A stretch of 64,000 bases of DNA from Octopus sinensis (lineage: Eukaryota): positions 1,550,001 through 1,614,000 of the forward strand of contig NC_042999.1 of assembly GCF_006345805.1 (NCBI RefSeq). The letters run 5' to 3'. The notes below the pieces were generated by a model. It was given only the letters and a program-made list of their open reading frames with translations. It had not been told where the DNA came from and ran no database searches. Position 1 is the first letter of the stretch; every line of letters begins with the position of its first letter. Both the position numbers and the translations under genes were made by a program. Shown here piece by piece: positions 54,310 to 64,000 of the stretch.

Positions 54310-54365
<56 letters not shown>

Positions 54366-54371
54366 CAACAC

Positions 54372-54404
<33 letters not shown>

Positions 54405-54500
54405 CATAAAATATTATTCGAGACAAAACCACTATTTTGCAAAACAAACAAGGAAAGACTTAATCAATACATAAATTTTAATAAATAGTCAAAAAAACCG

Positions 54501-54543
54501 CCACTACAATCGTTTCTTGTCTTGATCGACAATCTTCAGGTGG
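54501..54543 (-). ncRNA. Minimal type-I hammerhead ribozyme (left arm)
   Basis: Exact reverse complement of 62796-62838. Confidence 0.85.
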
Positions 54544-56496
54544 ACTTCCAATCTAAAAAATCAATATTTTAAAAAATAAAATAATAATTTTAAAATAATT
54601 AAAGTATGAATGAAAAAATATAAGTATATAATCCATATATAACCTATCTATAATCCATATATAATCAATATATAAACAATATATAAACTAAAAAAACCTA
54701 TCAACAATTAAATATAAAATATAAAATATAAAATATAAAATATAAAATATAAAATATAAAATATAAAACAAAACAAAAAAAATAATAATAATATAATATT
54801 AAACTATATATACACCCATACGCATATACCTAATTATATATAACCATATCTAACTACATACACTAAATCACACACCTATATATATATCCCTATACATACA
54901 CATAAAAATGTCTAGGCAACTATAAATAAATAAAATAGCTAAATACTTCAACACAATACTTATTCATACTCCCACACACACACACATACAACCCACATTC
55001 ACGCTCTAGAAAATGGACATCACTCAAAACTATGAACGGAGAAATAGAATAAATGGAATTAAAAATTATATTCACTTGGTAAAACGAACACTACTTAAAA
55101 ATTATGAATGAAACAATGCAATAAAACAACAGACATCGCAAATAGACACAAATTACTACAAATTCCTTATCAAACCTACCATGATAACCAAAACTCATAA
55201 AAACATATAATGATAAAATCTCCCTTTACTAAACTCTATAACAAACCTATATAGCAATCCCCCTAACCTAAACATTCACACACAAATACACACACGTAAA
55301 CTACACACTCACGACATATACAAATACCCACACCACTTACACATACCAATACATACATATAAACCTCAACATATACTCCAAAACCCACTCAACCCCACAC
55401 AGACAAATAAACACAAAATTATGAATGGATTCTTTTATAAAACTACCATGATAAGCTAAAACTCTCAAAACAGAAATGATAAAACCTCCCTTTACTAAAC
55501 ACTAAAACATACTTATATAGCAATTCCTTTAACCAATACATTCACACACAAAACCACTCGTAAACCACACACCCATAACAAATACAAACTCCCACCCCAC
55601 TCACACACACCCACAAGTACATATAAGCCTCAACATATACACCAAACAAAATTACTTTACCAAGGAACTTAACATATATATAAAAAGTATAAAATTTAAT
55701 ATTCCTATTATAACCTGCCACCCTAAGGGCCTAAAAAAAACCATGATAAACCAAAACTCTTAAAAAACATATAACGATAAAATCTCCCTTTGCTAAACTC
55801 TATAACAAACCTATATAGTAATCCCCCAAACCTAAACATTCACACACAAACACACACGTAAACCACAGACCCACTACTTATACACATACCTAAACTAACT
55901 TATAAACCTCCATATACACCAAAACCCACTCCCTCCCACACAGACAAATTAACTCATACATCCCAAAACCTAAATAACAAACCCATATACACATTCACAC
56001 ACAAACACACACACACGCAAAACACACACACACAACAGATACATATACTCCCTCACATATACGCATATACATACTCACTAAACTCAATATATACAACAAT
56101 ATTTACACACCCACACTCATACAGATAAATAAATTATACAATTCACGTGGCAAAACGAACACCACTCAAAAATTATGAATGAAACAGTATAATAAAACAA
56201 CCAACATCGAAAAAAGACAAATTACTACGAATTCCCTAAAAAAAACCATGATAAACCAAAACTCTTAAAAAACATATAACGATAAAACTCCCTTTGCTAA
56301 ACTCTATAACAAACTATATAGTAATCCCCAAACCTAAACATTCACACACAAACACACACGTAAACCACAGACCCACTACTTATACACATACCTAAACTAA
56401 CTTATAAACCTCCATATACACCAAAACCCACTCCCTCCCACACAGACAAATTAACTCAACATCCCAAAACCTAAACATGCTAATTATTATAATGAG

Positions 56497-57599
56497 GCCC
56501 TTAGGGTGGCAGGTTATAATAGGAATATTAAATTTTATAATATAGTGATAAAGATTTAATTGTTAATTTTCGAGATACTTCTAATAATAATTATAATTTT
56601 GTTAGGTTTAGTGGTAAAAATAATAGATTTTTAAAAAAAAATATAAAAATGATAAAAATATAAATAAGAATAATAATAATAATAATAAATATAATAATAA
56701 TAATATAAATAAGAATAATAATAAAAATAAAAATAAATTTAATAATTATTATAATATTTATATTGATAAATTAATAATATAATAATTCCTTAAATGCTGT
56801 ACATAGATATAATTCTGATAATAATTTTAATAAAATAAAGAATTATAAATAATTTATAATAATGATAATAATAATAAGATTAATAAGAATAAAAATTGGT
56901 TAATAGTTCCTTATGGAGATCAAGTAAAAACGAATATTATTAAGAGATTTTAGATGTTATAGAAAACTATTTATTAGAGATAATCGTAAATATAGAAACA
57001 TTTTCTCTTTTAATAATTTTGGAGTTGGTTACTCTACCACTAATAATGTTGGTAACATTATTTCTTCATTTAATAATATAAATGAATAATTTTTATAAAA
57101 AGAAATTATTTGATAATAATATTAATAATGATAAGACTTATATTAATTGTACATGTAGAGATAAATCTAATTGTATATTAAATAATAATTGTGATATTAA
57201 CGATGTAGTGTATAAATGTATAGTTACATTACATGATAATAACTTTAAGAATAATAATTACAAAAAAGCGGTTTATATAGGTTCTACTTCCTCAAAAATA
57301 AAACTAAGAATCGCACAACATATGAATTCTTTTAAAAATAAAAACTTAATCAACTCAACCGGACTTAGTAAGTACATTTGGAGTCTTAAATCACTAAATA
57401 TTAATTATAGTTTAATTTGGGAAATAATTTGTAAAACTAAATCATATACTATAGGAGCTAATTGTTGTTATTTATGCTCTAATGAGTTTAAAGAAATTTT
57501 ATTTTATAAGTATGATAATTACTTAATACTGGCGAGGAGCGCAAAATAAAATGCAGACATAAGTTACTTTACCTATATAATAAGTTTCATGATAAATAG
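56497..57599 (+). pseudogene. PLE RT-thumb/linker/GIY-YIG endonuclease remnant, 5'-truncated and frameshifted
   Basis: ALRVAGYNRNIKFY...WLIVPYGDQVKTNIIKRF...GYSTTNNVGNIISSFN...CTCRDKSNCILNNNC (CxCx5Cx5C)...VVYKC...YIGST...R...H (GIY-YIG core)...LSKYIWSLK...IWEII...CYLC...(frameshift) LNTGEERKIKCRHK...TAG at 57597-57599. Confidence 0.9.
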
Positions 57600-58355
57600 C
57601 AATAATAGTTCCTTTTAGGTTACTTTAGTTTAGTTTAAATTAGTTTAGATAATATATTTGGTTATGTTGTCTAGGCTTTAATTATAGTTAGTCTATATTT
57701 ATATTTCTTTGTTTTAATTAGTTCATTTTTAATGTATATATTTGGGAGGATATATTTATTATGTTTATTATGGTGTTATTTAGTGGTGTTTTATGAGTTT
57801 TGTATGTATGTGTGAATGTTTAAGATCCCTTTGTTTTTTGTTTTTTATTTGGTATGTTGATTTGACAGATTTTATTGGGTATTGTCTGTTATAATAAAGT
57901 ACCACACACCCATAACAAATATAAGTGCCCACTTCATTCGATGTACCTGGAATTGCATGTGAGCCTCGGTATATACACCTAAGGCCACTCCCGCCCCACA
58001 TGGATAAATAAACACATACATCCCCAAAAATGGGCGTAATCCCATTCACACCAATTATATGTATACAATTATACACACTAGAATAATACATAACTAACCC
58101 AAATATACATACATACTAAAAATCACCAACTAACCACTATCACAAATGAAACCCACACCCATACAATGACAAAATTCCCCCCTCTATACCCAATTTACAC
58201 CCACATAGTAATCCCAATATATTCATCCATATATGGACGCAAGTGCGTGAAGCACATGCACACATTAATACGTACAACCCCCTAATACACACTTATATAA
58301 ATACGTATTAAGCTCGACATCCACAGTGATAAGATTTCACCCAACTCACACCCAA

Positions 58356-58426
58356 ATGGGTGAATTGCACAACCAGGGAACGCACACACACCACGTGTGC
58401 GTTTTTTGATTGTGCAATTCGCCCAT
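58356..58426 (+). ncRNA. 32-bp stem-loop with GU pairs (candidate structured RNA)
   Basis: ATGGGTGAATTGCACAACCAGGGAACGCACAC-acaccac-GTGTGCGTTTTTTGATTGTGCAATTCGCCCAT: 27 Watson-Crick, 4 GU, 1 mismatch. Confidence 0.6.
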
Positions 58427-58749
58427 ATACATGTATGCGGGCGCGATTATATTGTTGCATATATCGAGCCAAAATAGCATGCATATGTACATGTGAGGGG
58501 TACACGCAAATGACGTGCGCATGTACCCCCTGCATTTATACCTGTGCGTAATATACACATGGAGACTACCACACAGGTACAAATGTGTATAGTAATGGGA
58601 GCCCCATCACCACACTCAATGTATACTCTCACCCATCCGCACGGATGTGTAAGTGTATCTCCGGTGTATATGTTGAGGCTTATAAGTAGCGTAGGGTGTG
58701 GAGGCGAATGTCGTTGAAATTGTAATGAATGGGTGGAGTTGGGAATTGT

Positions 58750-61603
58750 AACCGGGTGGTGGACTAGCGTTGCTTGGAATTGGGAATTGATTAGTGTGGT
58801 AGTGAGGTAGGAATCGGGAATAGGTTTGGGTTGCTGTAGGTTGTTTGTTAGAGCTGCTAGGGTGAGCTAAAGCTCATAAATGTATATAATGATTTTTCAT
58901 GGTAGTTTCTTAAAGAATCCATTCATTTTAAATTTTTTTACGTAGTGTTGGTTTGCTACGTGGATATAGTTTTTAGTTCCATTATTCTATTCTCCATTTC
59001 TCCATTAATTTAAATGACGTTTACTTTCTATGGCGCGTTATTCTCTCTTTTTTTTTACATAAGTTATTTTATGGTAACGTAATTTTGGTTTGGTTTTTTT
59101 AACGGCTAAGAATTTAATTTCACTTCATAATTTGACGCTGAATTGTAGTATGTATTTTATTTATCCTTATGTCATATTGTTATTTTTGATATTCTGGTTA
59201 ATTACGATGTATATAATGTTGTTTTCATAGGAGGTTTATGTATATGAGATTGTGTGTGAGTTTTTAGTTGTATATTTTATTTATCTGTATGAGTGTGGGT
59301 GTGTAAATATTGTTGTATATATCGAGTTTAGTGAGTATATATATGAGTATATGTGAGGAGTATATGTATCTGTTGTGTGTGTGTGTGTTTTTTGTGTGTG
59401 TGTGGGTTTGTGTGTGAATGTGTATATGGGTTTGTTATTTAGGTTTTGGCATGTTTGTGTTAATTTGTCTGTGTGGGGAGGGAGTGGGTTTTGGTGTATA
59501 TTGAGGTTTATAAATTAGGATAGGTATGTGTATAAGTCGTGGGTCTGTGGTTTACGAGTGTGTATTTGTGTGTGAATGTTTAGGTTTAGGGGGATTACTA
59601 TATAGGTTTGTTATAGAGTTTAGCAAAGGGAGATTTTATCGTTATATGTTTTTATGAGTTTTGGTTTATCATGGTTATTTTAGAGGTGGTAATTTGTCTA
59701 TTTTCGATGTTGGTTGTTTTATTACATTGTTTCATTCATAATTTTTGAGTGGTGTTCGTTTTGCCACGTGAATAACCGGGTGGTGGACTAGCGTTGCTTG
59801 GAATTGTGAATGGAATAGTGTAGTAGTGAGGTAGGCATAGAGAATGGGTTTGGGTTACTGCAAGTTGTTTGTTAGAGCTGCTAAGGTGAGCTAAAGCTCA
59901 TAGATGTATATAATGATTTTTCATGGTAGTTTTTTAAAGAATCCATTCATAATAAATTTTTTTAAGTAGTGTTGGTTGCCACGTGGATATAGTTTTTAGT
60001 TCCATTTTTCTATTTCTCCATTTCAATTTAAATGACGTTTACTTTCCATGACGCGTATTCTTCTTTTACATAAGTTATTTCTATGGTAACGTAATTTTGG
60101 TTTGATTTTTTTAACGGCTAAGAATTTAATTTCACTTCATAATTTGACACTGATTGTAAGTATGTTTTTTATTTATCCTTATGTCATATTGTTATTTTTG
60201 ATATTCTGGTTAATTACGATGTATTTAATGTTGTTTTCATAGGTGTGTTTATGTATATGAGATTGTGAGCGAGTTTTTAGTTGTATAATTTATTTATCTG
60301 TATGAGTTGTGGGTGTGTAAATATTGTTGTATATATCGAGTTAGTGAGTATGTATATGCGTATATGTGAGGGAGTATATGTATCTGTTGTGTGGGTGTGT
60401 TTTGCGTGTGTGTGTGTTTGGTGTGTGAATGTGTATATGGGTTTGTTATTTAGGTTTTGGGATGTATGTGTTAATTTGTCTGTGTGGGAGGAGTGGGTTT
60501 TGGTGTATATTGAGGTTTATAAGTAGTATAGGTATGTGTATAAGTCGTGGGTCTGTGGTTTACGAGTGTGTATTTGTGTGTGAATGTTTAGGTTAGGGAG
60601 ATTGCTATATAGGTTTGTTATAGAGTTTAGCAAAGGGAGATTTATCGTTATATGTTTTTAGGAGTTTTGGTTTCTCATGGTTTTTTTAGGGAATTCGTGG
60701 TAATTTGTCTATTTTCGATGTTGGTGTTGTTTTATTACATTGTTTCATTCATAATTTTTGAGTGTTCGTTTTGCCACGGTGAATAACCGGGAGGTGGACT
60801 AGTGTTGTTTGAATTGTGAATGGAATAGTGTAGTAGTGAGGTAGGCATAGAGAATGGGATTGGGTTACTGCAAGTTGTTTGTTAGTCTTTTTTACATAAG
60901 TTTTTCTATGGTACCGTAATTTTGGTTTGATTTTTTAACGGCTAAGAATTAAATTTCACTTCATAATTTGCACTGAATTGTAAGTATGTATTTTATTTAC
61001 CTTTATTCATATTGTTATTTTTGATATTCTGGTTAATTAAGATGTATTTAATGTGTTTTCATAGGAGTGTTTATGTGTATATGAGATTGTGTGCGAGTTT
61101 TTAGTTGTATAATTATTATCTGTATGAGTGTGGGTGTGTAAATATTGTTGTATATATTGAGTTTAGTGAGTATGTATATGCGTATATGTGAGGGAGTATA
61201 TGTATCTTTTGTGTGTGTGTGTTTTGCGTGTGTGTGTGTTTGTGTGTGAATGTGTATATGGGTTTGTTATTTAGGTTTTGGGATGTATGAGTTAATTTGT
61301 CTGTGTGGGAGGGAGTGGGTTTTGGTGTATATGGAGGTTTATAAGTTAGTTTAGGTATGTGTATAATTAGTGGGTCTGTGGTTTACGTGTGTGTTTGTGT
61401 TGTGAATGTTAGGTTTGGGGGATTACTATATAGGTTTGTTATAGAGTTTAGCAAAGGGAGATTTTATCGTTATATGTTTTTTAAGAGTTTTGGTTATCAT
61501 GGTTTTTTTAGGGAATTCGTAGTAATTTGTCTTTTATCGATGTTGGTTGTTTTATTATTTGTTTCATTCATATTTTTGAGTGGTGTTCGTTTTGCCACGT
61601 GAA
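58750..61603 (+). repeat. Tandem array of ~1-kb G/T-skewed units (x3)
   Basis: AACCGGG(T/A)GGTGGACTAG at 58750, 59774 and 60785; third unit has an ~190-bp deletion. Confidence 0.9.
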
Positions 61604-62795
61604 TTTTATTTTTAATTCCATTTCTTCCATTTCTCCATTCATTAATTTAGAGATGTTCGTTTCCAGAGCGGTAATACTTTTTATATATTTTAAGTTCCTT
61701 GGTAAAGTAATTTTGTTTGGTGTATATGTTGAGGCTTATATGTACTTGTGGGTGTGTGTGAGTGGGGTGGGAGTTTGTATTTGTTATGGGTGTGTGGTTT
61801 ACGAGTGGTTTTGTGTGTGAATGTATTGGTTAAGGAATTGCTATATAAGTATGTTTTTGTGTTAGTAAAGGGAGTTTTATCATTTCTGTTTTGGTGTTTT
61901 AAGCTTATCATGGTAGTTTTATAAAAGAATCCATTCATAATTTTGTGTTTATTTGTCTGTGTGGGGTTGGAGTGGGCTTTGGAGTATATGTTGAGGTTTA
62001 TATGTATGTATTGGTATGTGTAAGTGGTGTGGGTATTTGTATATGTCGTGGGTGTGTAGTTTACGTGTGTGTATTTGTGTGTGAATGTTTAGGTTAGGGG
62101 GATGCTATATAGGTTTGTTATAGAGTTTAGTAAGGGAGATTTTATCATTATATGTTTTTATGAGTTTTGGTTATCATGGTAGGTTTGATAAGGAATTTGT
62201 AGTAATTTGTGTCTATTTGCGATGTCTGTTGTTTTATTGCATTGTTTCATTCATAATTTTTAAGTAGTGTTCGTTTTACCAATGAATATAATTTTTAATT
62301 CCATTTATTCTATTTCCCGTTCATAGTTTTGAGTGATGTCCATTTTCTAGAGCGTGAATGTGGGTTGTATGTGTGTGTGTGTGGGAGTATGAATAAGTAT
62401 TGTGTTGAAGTATTTAGCTATTTTATTTATTTATAGTTGCCTAGACTTTTTATGTGTATGTATAGGGATATATATATAGGTGTGTGATTTAGTGTATGTA
62501 GTTAGATATGGTTATATATAATTAGGTATATGCGTATGGGTGTATATATAGTTTAATATTATATTATTTTATTTTTTTTGTTTTGTTTTATATTTTATAT
62601 TTTATATTTTATATTTTATATTTTATATTTAATTGTTGATAGGTTTTTTTAGTTTATATATTGTTTAATATTGATTATATATGGATTATAGATAGGTTAT
62701 ATATGGATTATATACTTATATTTTTTCATTCATACTTTAATTATTTTAAAATTATTATTTTATTTTATAAAATATTGATTTTTTAGATTGGAAGT

Positions 62796-62838
62796 CCACC
62801 TGAAGATTGTCGATCAAGACAAGAAACGATTGTAGTGG
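62796..62838 (+). ncRNA. Minimal type-I hammerhead ribozyme (right arm, sense to the PLE ORF)
   Basis: CCAC-CTGAAGA-TTGTC-gatcaa-GACAA-GAAAC-gatt-GTA|GTGG: stems I (4 bp), II (5 bp), III (2 bp), all core nucleotides; predicted cut after 62834. Confidence 0.85.
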
Positions 62839-63069
62839 CGGTTTTTTTTGACTATTTATTAAAATTTATGTATTGATTAAGTCTTTCCTTGTTTGTTTTG
62901 CAAAATAGTGTTTTGTCTCGAATAATATTTTATAATATACTATAAAATCGATTTAATCCTAAATCTGATTTTTTTCCCTGTAAATTTGGATTTATTCCCT
63001 AATATTTATTATTTATATATATACATATATAATACACATATATACATATATATATATAAACATATATAT

Positions 63070-63107
<38 letters not shown>

Positions 63108-63759
63108 AAGATATACATATATATATTTTCGTATATATACACACATACATATATATTGCCTATATATATATGTGTGTGTATGTATATATATGTATGTATG
63201 TATAAAATTTGCCTGGAGAACATCAGCCTGCGTACATGAAGAAATAGTTCAAAATATCGCTATGATACAAAAAAAAAAGTAATAACAGAAGTTGATGATG
63301 CTGCTGCTGCTGATGATGATGATGACGATGATGATGATTTTGACAACACATTGTTATAATTCATAGCAGAAATGCAGAAAAGATATATTCCAGATTTCTC
63401 ATGCAGATTCATAAACCCTTTATAAAGGTATTTCAATTTCTTTTTCTTTTTTTTTTTCTCGGTTCTTTTAGTTTTTTTTTTTCTTGTTTATCTCGATACA
63501 ACTTTGAAAAATTACTGTAAAACAGAAGATGACATGCAAGATAATATATATTTCTCAAATAATGGAAAGGAAACTGCTAAGAAAAAAAACAAAACAAGAA
63601 ACATACATATAATGCTGTTTTGGTAGAAAATATGATAGTAAAATACATTATCGGAAATTCTTGGACTTACTGTTAATGCCATTGTATAAATGTATACATG
63701 TGTGTGGGTGTATGTGGGGGGGTGGTATGTGCACGTGTGTGTACACCCACAAATATCCT

Positions 63760-63945
63760 CATCATCGTCATCATCATCATCATCATCATCATCGTTGTTA
63801 TGATCATCATCGTCATCATCATCATCATTGTCGTCATTATCGTTATCATCGTCGTCGTCATCGTCATCATCATCATCATCATCATCGTCGTTGTCGTCAT
63901 TGTCATTTCTATCATCATTGTCATCGTCATCGTCATCATCATCAT
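63760..63945 (+). repeat. Degenerate (CAT)n/(CGT)n microsatellite
   Basis: Direct reading. Confidence 0.9.
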
Positions 63946-64000
63946 TTAATGTCCATTTGACAGGAGCTTGTAGTAATGGAAGCCACACCAGGTTCCAGAG

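Larger units (their letters stand above)
54406..62933 (+). mobile_element. Penelope-like retroelement locus with long inverted terminal arms
   Basis: 54406-~55687 is the reverse complement of ~61675-62933; internal PLE coding remnant; HHR in each arm; (TA)n directly on the left and ~70 bp to the right. Confidence 0.85.

Noticed and set aside
55003-55180. Peptide-like antisense frames in the arms (e.g. MELKIKFTWQNEHHSKIMNET)
   Set aside because: Interrupted by stops in every copy, no ORF of 60 aa or more, and explained by short internal duplications.
56501-56506. TTAGGG near the PLE truncation point as telomere addition
   Set aside because: Single unit lying inside coding sequence (ALRV); expected by chance.
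57142-57200. Selenoprotein recoding, as reported for some Naiad PLEs
   Set aside because: The four linker cysteines are all TGT; no in-frame TGA, and no SECIS-like ATGA/AA/GA pattern seen downstream by eye.
54406-62933. Mitochondrial insertion, linear plasmid or viral genome interpretation
   Set aside because: No mitochondrial, polymerase or capsid genes; protein motifs and HHRs fit a PLE.

Overview
Eukaryotic, very AT-rich, repeat-saturated window with no confidently identifiable host gene. It is most likely a large intron or intergenic stretch of an octopus genome; this is inferred from three tRNA-headed SINE families that I recall as octopus repeats, not from a database search. Most ORF-track entries are translations of microsatellites. 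Real coding remnants are all transposon-derived: a mariner transposase fragment, RTE-clade LINE ends, two R4/Dong-type RLE LINE fragments and a Penelope-like element (PLE) RT-thumb/linker/GIY-YIG remnant. The stand-out structure is an ~8.5 kb fold-back locus at 54406-62933. It is a 5'-truncated PLE whose coding remnant (56497-57599) is followed by ~5.3 kb of strand-skewed non-coding sequence containing a hairpin cluster and ~1 kb tandem units. The locus is bracketed by ~1.28 kb inverted arms, each carrying a complete minimal type-I hammerhead ribozyme (HHR), in opposite orientations. A third intact HHR core lies at 26597-26684 and a variant at 7280-7314. Also present: non-autonomous Helitrons, a hAT MITE with an 8-bp TSD and nested SINEs, tandem piggyBac-like MITEs, a ~550 bp dispersed element that sits in (AAT)n arrays, and several long palindromes. 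Boundaries of SINE/LINE fragments are approximate (about +/-20 bp). All homology calls were made by eye.
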